This document shows positions 9,390-19,312 of a DNA stretch of 64,000 nt, piece by piece. Both the position numbers and the translations under genes were made by a program. Every line of letters starts with the position of its first letter. The stretch's first letter is position 1. Where the stretch lies: IMG/VR virus record IMGVR_UViG_3300032019_000120; one strand, 5' to 3'. Source of the stretch: an uncultured virus (IMG/VR IMGVR_UViG_3300032019_000120) (taxonomy: Duplodnaviria; Heunggongvirae; Uroviricota; Caudoviricetes). A model generated the notes under the pieces. It was given only the letters and a program-made list of their open reading frames with translations, did no database searches and was not told the DNA's origin.

Positions 9390-10717
9390 TGAAAACATTC
9401 TGTCCTTTACCATGGAACTCAATAAATCTTCGTAATAATGGAGATTTACGCATTTGTTGCAACACTAATTCCTATTCCCCCCAACGCGGTATCATGAAAC
9501 ATGAAGATGGCACTCCGTATAATGCAGGGAAAGATGACTTTAACGAGGCGCGTAATGCAGAGATTTTAAAAGATGTTAGGTCTTCAATGCTTAAAGATGA
9601 ATGGCATCCTGAGTGTGAAAGATGTCGTCAAGAAGAGATTAATGGTATTACATCAAGGCGCCAATACGAATCAGAAGACTGGGATATCACAAAAGAAAGG
9701 GCTATAGAGATTACTATGGAAGATGGTACTCTTGATGTTGAAGAACAACCGATTGAATTCTTTGATATTAGGTACGGTAATTTCTGTAATTTAAAATGTA
9801 GAATGTGTGGACCTACGGATTCCCATATGTGGTATTCTGACTTTGTTAAGGTTCATAATACTACATCATATAAAGATACCCACGATAGAATCGAATTAAT
9901 TCAACTTCCTAACTCTACTAAATGGACCACAGATCAATATGACTGGTTTAAAAATGCTGACCATTATTGGGAACAGTTTGAAAAGTATTGCGTTAATGCT
10001 AAGAAGTTATACATTGTAGGGGGAGAGCCTCTTATTATACCTGAGCACCTTGAGAGTTTACAACGGTTAGTAGACTCTGGACGAGCACATGAAATAGAAA
10101 TAGAATATAATACTAACTTGACTAATGTTACCCAGAAGTATCTTGACTTGTGGGAAAACTTTAAACAGATCCGAATAGGAGCTTCTGTAGATGGATATGG
10201 AGATGTCTTTGACTATCAAAGAACTCCTGCTAACTGGAAGTCTGTATACGCTAATATGAAGAAGCTAAATGATAATAGAAACATTAATTTAAAATGTTGG
10301 TTTACCTTTACTATTACACCATATAATGTATATCATCTGCCAGAGTTTATGAAGTGGAAATTAACTGAATCTGAATTAGATAGATTTAATCCTATTACTG
10401 GCCCGAGACCTACCGTAACACAACATATGTGTCACTCTCCAAAGTACTTTAATATTAAAGTTCTTCCTCAATATTTTAAAGATGAGATAGAAGAACATTA
10501 TGACATTTATAAACAATGGGTAAAGTCTTCAGATTTTTCAGAAAAGGTTAAAAAGCATTTTATTTATGTTCTTGACTCTACTATTAAGTTTATGCAAAGT
10601 GAAGATTATTCAGAGGAATGGTTAGAGGAGTTTATATCAATGACTAATAAGTTAGATGAAGTAAGGGGACAGGATATTGTTGATATTGTACCGGAGTATG
10701 AGGAGTTATTTAGATAA
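9389..10717 (+). CDS. Radical SAM enzyme with N-terminal twitch/SPASM-like domain
   Basis: FCPLPW..RICC..CERC; CNLKCRMC; VGGEP; YNTN; ASVDG; clear paralogue of 7283-8707. Confidence 0.9.
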   Translation: MKTFCPLPWNSINLRNNGDLRICCNTNSYSPQRGIMKHEDGTPYNAGKDDFNEARNAEILKDVRSSMLKDEWHPECERCRQEEINGITSRRQYESEDWDITKERAIEITMEDGTLDVEEQPIEFFDIRYGNFCNLKCRMCGPTDSHMWYSDFVKVHNTTSYKDTHDRIELIQLPNSTKWTTDQYDWFKNADHYWEQFEKYCVNAKKLYIVGGEPLIIPEHLESLQRLVDSGRAHEIEIEYNTNLTNVTQKYLDLWENFKQIRIGASVDGYGDVFDYQRTPANWKSVYANMKKLNDNRNINLKCWFTFTITPYNVYHLPEFMKWKLTESELDRFNPITGPRPTVTQHMCHSPKYFNIKVLPQYFKDEIEEHYDIYKQWVKSSDFSEKVKKHFIYVLDSTIKFMQSEDYSEEWLEEFISMTNKLDEVRGQDIVDIVPEYEELFR

Positions 10718-11613
10718 TGCACATCACATCTGAGAACTTAGATTGTTGTATTGTTACGCTATTCATTCATAACGTATGTAACTATAACTGTTCATATTGT
10801 TCTGATTTTCATAGGGACGGATCTCATCGGTGGCCTACAGACTGGGCCCCGTACATTGAATTGATAGATGAATTACAAGAAAGAAATAAGTATCTGTATG
10901 TAGAAGTTCTTGGGGGAGAGCCTACAGTATGGCCACAGTTTCAAGAGTTCGTTGATACTATATCAAGTGAGACGTGTTTTGTTGAGTACTCAACTAATGC
11001 ATCTAGAACATTAAGATACTGGAAAAAGTTTAAAGCACAACGCGCCTTTGTATTCTTATCATGGCATTATGAAGAGGCTGATGATGACCACTTTTATGAA
11101 GTAGCAAAGATAATGCAGGATAAAGCGAGTGTGTCTATCCCCCTTATGATTGTCCCTGAGAACTTTGAAAGGGCAAAGGCAATGTATGAAAGATTACAAG
11201 GGTTGAGGGTTGAAGTTACCCCTAAGTTTACTAGATTAAATATACACGGTACAGAGTATCCTGACTACGGAATAGAACAAAGATGGTGGATCCAAAATAA
11301 TAGTTATCATAACATGAAAGACTTTGGTATAGATTGGACTATTCCAAGGAATCTTCACTTTGATGGAGAGCCTATGAAGTTCATGGAGGTGTTAGATAAA
11401 AAGAAACATTTCTTTGAGGGTTACACTTGTACGGCTGGTATAAAAAGATTAATGGTAGAACCAGACGGTAATATTATTAGATGTACTAAAAGGGTAGGTG
11501 GATCGTTAGGAAATATATTAACTGGTGATTACGTTCTCCCTGATAATCCAATAGTATGTGATTTTAAAGCATGCCCTTGTAAATTAGATGCGGTGGTAGA
11601 AAAGTGGACATAA
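10717..11613 (+). CDS. Radical SAM enzyme with C-terminal twitch/SPASM domain
   Basis: CNYNCSYC; LGGEPT; STN; CTAG..L.VEPDGNIIRC..GNI; CDFKACPC. Confidence 0.9.
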   Translation: MHITSENLDCCIVTLFIHNVCNYNCSYCSDFHRDGSHRWPTDWAPYIELIDELQERNKYLYVEVLGGEPTVWPQFQEFVDTISSETCFVEYSTNASRTLRYWKKFKAQRAFVFLSWHYEEADDDHFYEVAKIMQDKASVSIPLMIVPENFERAKAMYERLQGLRVEVTPKFTRLNIHGTEYPDYGIEQRWWIQNNSYHNMKDFGIDWTIPRNLHFDGEPMKFMEVLDKKKHFFEGYTCTAGIKRLMVEPDGNIIRCTKRVGGSLGNILTGDYVLPDNPIVCDFKACPCKLDAVVEKWT

Positions 11614-13235
11614 AATACGAAGATTTAACTATTAAAGATTTAGGTACTAGAAGGCAAAGACCTATGTATCAATCCGCCTTTCATCAATTTAGAAAGGATA
11701 TGGGTACAAGTGATTATCCAGTGGATCCACATGCATATACTCAAACATTCCTTACTAAGATTGACGAGTGGATCCGAGGGCATAAGAGGGTGAAGTATAT
11801 CGGATTAGATACATTCGATAGACGAGATGCTATATTAGGAACTACCCACCAATTAGATGAATTGCATCTTATTCATGGACAGCGTATATGTGTTTATAAG
11901 GGGGAATACAAATACCATAGACGTCTTACTAATTATAAAGTGAAAGAAATTAAATCATATAAAGAAATACAGCCAGGGAATGTATTTGTGGTATCTTATC
12001 CATCATGCATAACAACTGGATATCATGATGAAATGGATGAGCTATTAGACCACTGTGAACTTCATGGTGTTCCTGTTCATATAGATGGAGCATGGTTCGG
12101 ACAAGTGCGAAACTTTGAATTTGATATTACCCATAATGCTATTAAAAGTGTAAGTGTGTCATTATCAAAAGCATTGGGAATGGGAAGTCAGAGGATAGGG
12201 ATCCGTTATATGAAAACTGAAGACCTTCCAGATCCACCTGGACCAATTCAAATTATGAATGACTTTAATTATGCTAATGTATCTGATATGTGGATAGGTG
12301 TTAAGATGATGGAACACTTCGGCGTTGATATATGGTGGAGTAATTATGAAGAGTATTATACAAAGGTATGTAAAGACTTTGGCCTAACAGAAAGCAATTC
12401 ATTCCATGTAGCTTGGGATAAAGAAGGACATCAAGCGGGGATTAGAACGGCATTACGCATGCTAATTGACGGTATCTATGATGAAAGGGGTACTGATAAG
12501 GGTTTAAATAAAGTAGAAATAGCGGATGCTATGCGTTCTGACTTTTCTTTTTCAATGTTAGACTTTGGCAAGCATCTACTTAATTTTGATGTTAAATACT
12601 TTATTAATCAGTTGGAAGATTATAGGTCGAATCCTAATAGAAAGGTTTCAGGATTAAAAGATAATAATTACTTTGTTAATATTGACCCCCATGATAATAA
12701 AAAATTAGAAAACTTTTTAAATAAGAGATTAGATTTAGAATTTAATTGGAATTTTGAATTTTTTCATTCAGGGGAACCTGTTGGTCTTCATACAGACTAT
12801 ACAATAGAACCTTGGGATAAAGAAACTTCTTGTGAAGTATTAGTAGGAGTTATTATACCGTTAGATTGGAATACTATGAAGACTCCGTATACAGTTAATT
12901 ATAACAGAACAGTTGACATTCCAAGAAAGATGATGTATAAGGGAGGGGAGATGAGATACCTCGACAATAATGAGGTGTTCTCTTATAGGACATTGGGAGA
13001 CTTTGATGATGAAGTTCTTCAATTTCAACCGAGAGATTGTGAGTATATAAACGAATACGCCGACTTAAAAATACACTCTGTATGTTCTTGGGAAATAGGC
13101 GCTATGATATTATTCGATACTAAGAGATGGCATTCCTCTTCTTGGTTTACGGAAAGTAAAACTATAGTAGAAAATTCTAGGGAGTATAAAGAAGCATTAG
13201 TTGGGTTTGGGAGTAGAGATGTTCCGCGCAATTAA
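11604..13235 (+). CDS. Fusion of a PLP-dependent fold-type I enzyme and a Fe(II)/2OG dioxygenase-like domain
   Basis: PVHIDGAW and SLSKALG (cf. threonine-aldolase-type HLDGAR/CLSKGLG), RIGIR; C-terminal half has LHTD...FDTKRWHSS (HxD...H). GTG start. Confidence 0.6.
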   Translation: MDIKYEDLTIKDLGTRRQRPMYQSAFHQFRKDMGTSDYPVDPHAYTQTFLTKIDEWIRGHKRVKYIGLDTFDRRDAILGTTHQLDELHLIHGQRICVYKGEYKYHRRLTNYKVKEIKSYKEIQPGNVFVVSYPSCITTGYHDEMDELLDHCELHGVPVHIDGAWFGQVRNFEFDITHNAIKSVSVSLSKALGMGSQRIGIRYMKTEDLPDPPGPIQIMNDFNYANVSDMWIGVKMMEHFGVDIWWSNYEEYYTKVCKDFGLTESNSFHVAWDKEGHQAGIRTALRMLIDGIYDERGTDKGLNKVEIADAMRSDFSFSMLDFGKHLLNFDVKYFINQLEDYRSNPNRKVSGLKDNNYFVNIDPHDNKKLENFLNKRLDLEFNWNFEFFHSGEPVGLHTDYTIEPWDKETSCEVLVGVIIPLDWNTMKTPYTVNYNRTVDIPRKMMYKGGEMRYLDNNEVFSYRTLGDFDDEVLQFQPRDCEYINEYADLKIHSVCSWEIGAMILFDTKRWHSSSWFTESKTIVENSREYKEALVGFGSRDVPRN

Positions 13236-14367
13236 TCCAAGTACAAATGATTCATTCGATGTAGTATGGGACCTTGGGCGCCGATGTACTTACGCATGTA
13301 CATATTGTGGACCACATCACTCCAATAAAACAAGCCCCCACACAAGTCTTGAGACTCTGATTAACACTATTGATGGAGTAGTTGAATATACTAATAAACT
13401 TAACGGTTATAGGAAAGAAGAGAAGGTAACATCACTAGCTTTTACGGGGGGAGAACCTACAGCTAATCCTGACTTTTTTAAATTTATAAAATATGTTAAG
13501 GAAAACTATAAACATCTTCATATTAATGTTACTACTAATGGGTGTTATTCTAAAAGAAAGAATCAAATGGTTATGGATAACTGTGATAATTGTACATTAA
13601 GTTATCATGCGGAAGCCACTGGAAGAGAAAAGGCTTTGGTATTAGATAATATTAAGGCAATGAGTGCTGCTAATTATAACTTTAAAGTTAATTTGATGTT
13701 CCATAAAGATTACTTTGATGAATGTATTCTTATAGCTGAATTACTAGATGAGCTCGAAGTTAATTATGTTCCTAGGGTTATTGGAGACTCTAATAATAAG
13801 TCAGACATTGAAGATGGAACGGCTCATGTATATGATGAAGAACAAATGCAATGGTTTAAAGACTATTGGAATAAGGATAATGAAACTACTTCCGAGGGTA
13901 CTTGTGGTGATGGGGTATCAATAGGCAGACCATGTTGTAATAGAAAACCTATGGATCTGTTAATAGATGATGAATGGAAATCAGGAACATTTGTACCATC
14001 AACTAACTTTAAGGGGTGGAGTTGTATGGTTAATTGGGACTTCCTTTTTATTCATTCAGAGTTAGATGAGGTATGGCATCATCAAACGTGTCAGATTAAC
14101 ATGGATTCAGAGATAGGACCTATAGGGAAAGCCTCAGACTTCAAAAGTATTAATAAGGTTTTAACTAATAATCTTTCTTCCGGAACTATGCCAGTTATTA
14201 GATGTCCTAAAACATGGTGTGGTTGTGGATTATGTTCACCTAAGGCTTTAGATGATGATGTATTTACTAATATATTTACGGATAGGATAAAAGACTTAAC
14301 ACCATCATTACAAAAGTCTAAAGAGTTAAAAGGTATTAAGATAATGACGAGGCTTAGTTATGAATAA
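13219..14367 (+). CDS. Radical SAM enzyme with Cys-rich C-terminus
   Basis: CTYACTYC; FTGGEPT; TTNG; LSYH; GRPCC; CPKTWCGCGLC. Confidence 0.9.
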   Translation: MFRAINPSTNDSFDVVWDLGRRCTYACTYCGPHHSNKTSPHTSLETLINTIDGVVEYTNKLNGYRKEEKVTSLAFTGGEPTANPDFFKFIKYVKENYKHLHINVTTNGCYSKRKNQMVMDNCDNCTLSYHAEATGREKALVLDNIKAMSAANYNFKVNLMFHKDYFDECILIAELLDELEVNYVPRVIGDSNNKSDIEDGTAHVYDEEQMQWFKDYWNKDNETTSEGTCGDGVSIGRPCCNRKPMDLLIDDEWKSGTFVPSTNFKGWSCMVNWDFLFIHSELDEVWHHQTCQINMDSEIGPIGKASDFKSINKVLTNNLSSGTMPVIRCPKTWCGCGLCSPKALDDDVFTNIFTDRIKDLTPSLQKSKELKGIKIMTRLSYE

Positions 14368-15094
14368 TATTAACCCCAAGTTAATAACAGAAGCGTATGG
14401 ATCCGCAGAAGTATTCCGAGTAGATGGGCTTGATATTCATTTAGACTCTCGCTATACTAATATCAGTGTTGATTTATCTGGGGGAGCAGATAGTGCTATA
14501 CTGACATATCTTTTATTGGAAGAATTAAAAAGACGTAATCAAGAATGTATGGTGCATATCATTACTCATAGGCGGTGTTCTAAATCTAAACCTTGGCAAG
14601 GAATAATAGCAAAATCTGTTGCCTTTTGGTTCAAAGTAAGGTATAATAACATTAAGAGACATGTGAATTTTATTCCAGAGTCATTAGAAAGTGTTTCTAT
14701 TGAAGGTGATAATAGAACGGTTGAAAATATAATCGTAGATGAATTTAGAGAACATATAATTGATGACTTTGATATTGATATGGGGTATAATGCTACTAGT
14801 CTAAACCCTCCTTTTCCAACAGAATTTGGAATGGATAATAGAGATAGAGATGATGTAGATGCTGGTGACTTATTAGATGAACATGATAAGATGTGTAATC
14901 CCCTTATGTTTACTAATAAGGCTTGGATTATTAAGCAGTATATTAATCATGATATACTAGACTTGTTACATCGTACTAGGTCATGTGAAGGCAGAATGAA
15001 AGAAGAGGAGTGGGATGGTATTATCCCTCCTGATTGTAATTATTGTTTTTGGTGTCAAGAAAGACATTGGGCAATGAAGGTGAATGGATTATGA
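14360..15094 (+). CDS. QueC-like PP-loop ATP pyrophosphatase (2 of 3)
   Basis: LSGGADSA; NPP; TRSCE; CNYCFWC.ER. Confidence 0.75.
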   Translation: MNNINPKLITEAYGSAEVFRVDGLDIHLDSRYTNISVDLSGGADSAILTYLLLEELKRRNQECMVHIITHRRCSKSKPWQGIIAKSVAFWFKVRYNNIKRHVNFIPESLESVSIEGDNRTVENIIVDEFREHIIDDFDIDMGYNATSLNPPFPTEFGMDNRDRDDVDAGDLLDEHDKMCNPLMFTNKAWIIKQYINHDILDLLHRTRSCEGRMKEEEWDGIIPPDCNYCFWCQERHWAMKVNGL

Positions 15095-15723
15095 AGAAAC
15101 TGGGAATGAAGTTATCTGGTGGAGCTGACTCTGCCATTGTATATTATAATTTATGTAAAGATAATCCGGATGCAGAAATATACTGCCTTACTTTAGCCAC
15201 GTCTGAAAAGCCTTATTATATTAAGTTAGCGAAGAGGGTAATCGAGCTAGTATATGATATGACGGGGGTAAGACCAGTCAAACATCTCACAATGTTTATT
15301 GAACATGATGCAGAAGAATATGTGAAGGGCCAAGAAGAAATGGCTGAAACTCTATTTAAAACATATCATTGTGAAGAGGTGTATTCAGGGATAACTTCCA
15401 ATCCACCTATAGAGGAAATGAAAAACTATTTTTATCATAACCATCCTCAACTTGACTTGAGGGAAGTTCTCTTCCATATTGATAAGAGGGATAAAGACCG
15501 TGATATGATTTCAGGTCCTGAAATACCTCATGCTCCATTCGCTTTAAAACATAAACGTGATGTTGCTAAGGCATACGAAGAAGCGGGAGTTTTAGATTCA
15601 CTATATCCTATAACAAATTCATGTGAAGATGTAGAAGAGGTTGATGAACATGGGTATCCTATTCATTGTGAACATTGTTTCTTCTGTGCAGAACGATGGT
15701 ATGGGTTTGGACGAATAGTATGA
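15091..15723 (+). CDS. QueC-like PP-loop ATP pyrophosphatase (3 of 3)
   Basis: LSGGADSA; NPP; PF..KHKRDV; TNSCE; HCEHCFFCAER. Confidence 0.75.
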   Translation: MKKLGMKLSGGADSAIVYYNLCKDNPDAEIYCLTLATSEKPYYIKLAKRVIELVYDMTGVRPVKHLTMFIEHDAEEYVKGQEEMAETLFKTYHCEEVYSGITSNPPIEEMKNYFYHNHPQLDLREVLFHIDKRDKDRDMISGPEIPHAPFALKHKRDVAKAYEEAGVLDSLYPITNSCEDVEEVDEHGYPIHCEHCFFCAERWYGFGRIV

Positions 15724-16421
15724 TATGGCCAAGCACTAATCAAATAGGCCGCCTACAATTAGAAGTAACTAATTATTGTAACGCTAAATGCCCCCAGTGT
15801 GAAAGAGCACATCTAGTCGACTTAAAAAAGATAGAAAACCCTTGGCCAGAAATAGCAGATTTTGATTTAGATTTAAATACTACATATATTCCTTTAGAGT
15901 TGTTTGAGAAAAGATTTAAAAAGGGGGAATGGGACCACCTTGAATATGTACACTTTTGTGGGAACGTAGATGAACCAGTAATTCATCCAGATATTATTCC
16001 TATAATAAAACACTTTCAAAAGGTTGTTCCAACAAGGAATCAATTAGTAGACGTATCTGTTAATGGAGGAGTTAGAGATGAAGCGTTTTGGACTGAATTG
16101 GGGCAGTTATCTGCGCGCTCTAATCAATTAAGAGTCATATGGGGTATTGACGGACTAGAGGATACTAATCATATGTATCGTGTTGGGGTAAGATGGGCCG
16201 TTCTTGAAAGAAACTTTAGGGCGTATATTAAAGCGGGCGGGCATGCTATATGGCAATTCATTGTATTCGATTGGAATAAACATCAAATCAAGCTTGCTAA
16301 GAAGCTGTGTGAAAAGGAAGGATTTAGTAAATTTGTAATTATGCAATCGGTGAGGGGAGATGACCCCGAAGAAATTACTGATGACATTATACCGGATGAT
16401 TATGATCGTGCAAGAAATTAA
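15720..16421 (+). CDS. Radical SAM core domain (no attached SPASM)
   Basis: CNAKCPQC; FCGNVDEP; GIDGLEDTNHMYR; paralogue of the N-terminal part of 16709-17767. Confidence 0.85.
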   Translation: MIWPSTNQIGRLQLEVTNYCNAKCPQCERAHLVDLKKIENPWPEIADFDLDLNTTYIPLELFEKRFKKGEWDHLEYVHFCGNVDEPVIHPDIIPIIKHFQKVVPTRNQLVDVSVNGGVRDEAFWTELGQLSARSNQLRVIWGIDGLEDTNHMYRVGVRWAVLERNFRAYIKAGGHAIWQFIVFDWNKHQIKLAKKLCEKEGFSKFVIMQSVRGDDPEEITDDIIPDDYDRARN

Positions 16422-16722
16422 TTTAATACCAATGTGTAAAGCACTACCTGGTAACGGGGGAGATACTTTCCATCCTATATGGGGCAATCTATATGTTACC
16501 TCAAAAGGATATGTTACCCCTTGTTGTTGGTTTGGTACGCAGCAACATCTTACTGCATTATGGAAAAGGAGTGGCGTGGATCCAAAGACACATAATATAT
16601 ACCATTATAGTATGAAAGAAATAATTAATGGCCCTATGTTCGCGTACATTGAAAAGAATATGAATACATTAAAAGTATGTCAAGAAAAATGCGTGGAGGA
16701 AAACTTCGATGTTATTGTATGA
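16396..16722 (+). CDS. Stand-alone SPASM/twitch domain
   Basis: CKA..LYVTSKGYVTPCCW..NI...CQEKC matches the C-terminal domain of 16709-17767; start uncertain (16396 or 16402). Confidence 0.7.
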   Translation: MIMIVQEINLIPMCKALPGNGGDTFHPIWGNLYVTSKGYVTPCCWFGTQQHLTALWKRSGVDPKTHNIYHYSMKEIINGPMFAYIEKNMNTLKVCQEKCVEENFDVIV

Positions 16723-17767
16723 AGAAATAAAACAAGTACATGTAGAACCCTCCCAGAAGTGTCAGGCGTCTTGCCCTATGTGTGATAGAAATAAAAACGG
16801 GGGAGAAGTTAATCAATATTTAACTAACGCTGATTTATCATTAGAAGATGTAAAGAAGATTTTCCCTAAACCTTTCGTGAAGCAATTACATAATATGTAC
16901 TTTTGTGGTAATCATGGGGATCCAATATTCTGTCCAGAACTTTATGAAATATGTAAATGGTTAAAGGAAGTCAATCCTTCTATAAGTCTTTCTATTACTA
17001 CTAATGGAGGGGCAAGGGGTGTTGCTTGGTGGACTAAAATAGCGAAAGTAGTTAATCAAGTTATATTCTCCGTCGATGGTTTAGAAGATACTAATCATTT
17101 GTATAGGCAGGGAGTAGCTTGGAAGAATGTAGAAGCTAATATGGAAGCCTTTTGTGATGCGGGAGGAAAGGCTATATGGACATTTCTTGTGTTCAGACAT
17201 AATGAACATCAAGTAGAAGAGGCTAGGGGTTGGGCTAAAATGATTGGGGTGCAAGAGTTTATCGTTAAAAAGAGTGGTCGATATATATCAACGGCTACCC
17301 TTGAAAAGAAGAAAACTCATCAAGCAATTGACAGATGGGGAGTAGATACTAAGTTATTAGAGCAACCTATTTCTATAGGATATCAAAACAAAGCATCTTC
17401 TCAATATGATAATGTAGTTGCTAAGTTCGGATCAATGGATAATTATCTTGATGTAGCAAACATTAACTGTAAAGCTGTCCCTAAGAAAGAGATATATGTA
17501 AGCGCGGAAGGTTATGTTTTCCCTTGCTGTTGGACGGCAGGACAAATGTATAAGTGGTGGCACAAGCCTAAGGAGGCACAGATATGGGAACATATCGATA
17601 AATATAACATAAGTGCGAAGGAAGTACCTTTGCGTGAAATAATAAATAACTTTTTTAAATCAATAGAGGACACTTGGGAAATTGAAGGTTGCGCTAACGG
17701 ACGGCTTAAAGTGTGTGCGTTAAAGTGTAATGAACAGTTCGACCCATTTTCAGCACAATGGACATAA
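16709..17767 (+). CDS. Radical SAM/SPASM enzyme
   Basis: CQASCPMC; FCGNHGDP; TTNGG; SVDGLEDTNHLYR; CKA..IYVSAEGYVFPCCW; CALKC. Confidence 0.9.
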   Translation: MLLYEEIKQVHVEPSQKCQASCPMCDRNKNGGEVNQYLTNADLSLEDVKKIFPKPFVKQLHNMYFCGNHGDPIFCPELYEICKWLKEVNPSISLSITTNGGARGVAWWTKIAKVVNQVIFSVDGLEDTNHLYRQGVAWKNVEANMEAFCDAGGKAIWTFLVFRHNEHQVEEARGWAKMIGVQEFIVKKSGRYISTATLEKKKTHQAIDRWGVDTKLLEQPISIGYQNKASSQYDNVVAKFGSMDNYLDVANINCKAVPKKEIYVSAEGYVFPCCWTAGQMYKWWHKPKEAQIWEHIDKYNISAKEVPLREIINNFFKSIEDTWEIEGCANGRLKVCALKCNEQFDPFSAQWT

Positions 17768-17982
17768 ACAGAATAAAATGGATGGCGACCGCAATGTTTG
17801 TTTGTGCGGGTATTTTAATATCATTAAACCTTCCCGAATCTAAATACGCATTCCCAATGTTTGCTATTGGACACGTGGTTATTCTTTATGCTTTTATTAA
17901 AGAAAAGGATACCCCTATGATAACACAAAATGCATTCTTTTTATGTATTGATTTCCTAGGCATATACAAATGGCTGATTTAA
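17758..17982 (+). CDS. Small three-helix membrane protein
   Basis: 74 aa, three hydrophobic segments, overlaps both neighbours in operon fashion. Confidence 0.6.
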   Translation: MDINRIKWMATAMFVCAGILISLNLPESKYAFPMFAIGHVVILYAFIKEKDTPMITQNAFFLCIDFLGIYKWLI

Positions 17983-19094
17983 AATGGAGCAAATATGACT
18001 TTTCGAAAATACCATTTGATGATATCAAACATTTTGGAACGCGTTCGATGTTACACAGAGATACATTTACAGTATCTTGGTTACTCGGCCGCTATTGTAA
18101 CTACAGATGTTCTTACTGTTGGCCGTATGCTCGGTCCGATAGGAAGGACCACAGACCACTTGAAGTGGTTAAGGGGACTATAGATGAAATCAAAAGACAG
18201 GCAAGAGATAGAGGATTTAAAAGCTTCCATTTCTCGCTCTCGGGCGGCGAACCAACCTTCCATCCTCAGTACCTTGATATTGTTCGGTATCTTAACAGTG
18301 ATGTACGGAATTGCAATTTTCATTCACTCCACATGACCTCTAATTGCTCCCGGCCTATTAAATGGTTCGAGGAGTATTATGAAGCATCCAAGGATATGCA
18401 CCGTGTATCTATTACAGCAAGCTATCACAGAGAACATGTTGATACCCCAAAGAAGGTAGAGGAGTTTGCTGATAAGTTAGAATTTTGTCAAGAACACGGA
18501 ATACAAGTAACAGTTAATATGGTTATGGTTCCAGAATTCTTTGATAAGTTTTACGAAGAAGCATTATACTTTCATGAAAGAGGTATTAACGTAACCCTTA
18601 AACCACAATCGGATCCTACAGCATCTTTTATTGTATCTGGATATACAGATGATATGCTTAATAAACTTCATAATGGCATGCCCCAACGGGGATACGCATC
18701 TCTAAAAAGTAAAGTAACAAGACCAAAATATGATTGGGGAAAAGGTATCCACCAAAGTAATGAAAAGGTTCCTGCAAATTATGAGATAGAGCTTACAGAC
18801 TCTAAAGGAAAGAAGTGGTATATAGACCAAGCAGAAAGATTCAATGCGTTTAACTTTAATGATTTTAAGGGGTGGGAATGTTCGTCTGGTTACAGATCTA
18901 TCATTATACGCGAACCTGATGGGTCTATCAAGCGTTCATATTCATGTCACGACGAGCCATTAGGTACTATAGAAACCGGCTTTCAGTTGTTCGATGGCCC
19001 TAAAGTATGTATTACTGACGCTTGTGTATCTAGTGCTGACTCTAAAATACCAAAAAGGAAGATAGGAAACTCTATACCCCTATGGATGGTTTAA
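17970..19094 (+). CDS. Radical SAM enzyme
   Basis: CNYRCSYC; LSGGEPT; MTSN; ASYH; CSSG..I..PDGSIKR..C; related to 10717 and 13219. Confidence 0.9.
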   Translation: MADLKWSKYDFSKIPFDDIKHFGTRSMLHRDTFTVSWLLGRYCNYRCSYCWPYARSDRKDHRPLEVVKGTIDEIKRQARDRGFKSFHFSLSGGEPTFHPQYLDIVRYLNSDVRNCNFHSLHMTSNCSRPIKWFEEYYEASKDMHRVSITASYHREHVDTPKKVEEFADKLEFCQEHGIQVTVNMVMVPEFFDKFYEEALYFHERGINVTLKPQSDPTASFIVSGYTDDMLNKLHNGMPQRGYASLKSKVTRPKYDWGKGIHQSNEKVPANYEIELTDSKGKKWYIDQAERFNAFNFNDFKGWECSSGYRSIIIREPDGSIKRSYSCHDEPLGTIETGFQLFDGPKVCITDACVSSADSKIPKRKIGNSIPLWMV

Positions 19095-19312
19095 CTGAAC
19101 TTATAAATACGTTTGATAGACGTGAACTTCAACTTGAGGCTGCTAGGGTGGTTGCCTCTCATAAAGCGACAAACGGCTGGATTAAGAAATTTAAAGCCGA
19201 TCATGACTCTGAGGAATTTTATAGAAATGCAATACGATGGTACGTTAATGAGTACGGAGGACTTCCTAGCGAAGTCGGACCCGGAACAGGAGTTACACTT
19301 CTTTACGTTTAA
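19082..19312 (+). CDS. Small hypothetical protein (76 aa)
   Basis: ATG overlaps the upstream stop; protein-like composition; overlaps the 5' end of the next frame. Confidence 0.55.
   Translation: MDGLTELINTFDRRELQLEAARVVASHKATNGWIKKFKADHDSEEFYRNAIRWYVNEYGGLPSEVGPGTGVTLLYV

Noticed and set aside
7283..15723. Calling the island a 7-deazaguanine DNA modification cluster (queC/queE)
   Set aside because: No FolE, QueD or DpdA recognisable in the window; the radical SAMs are SPASM/twitch types rather than QueE; QueC-like genes are triplicated and divergent. Not excluded genome-wide.
17758..17982. Small ORF as a RiPP precursor for the SPASM enzymes
   Set aside because: It is hydrophobic and membrane-like, with no leader/core organisation or repeated modifiable motif.
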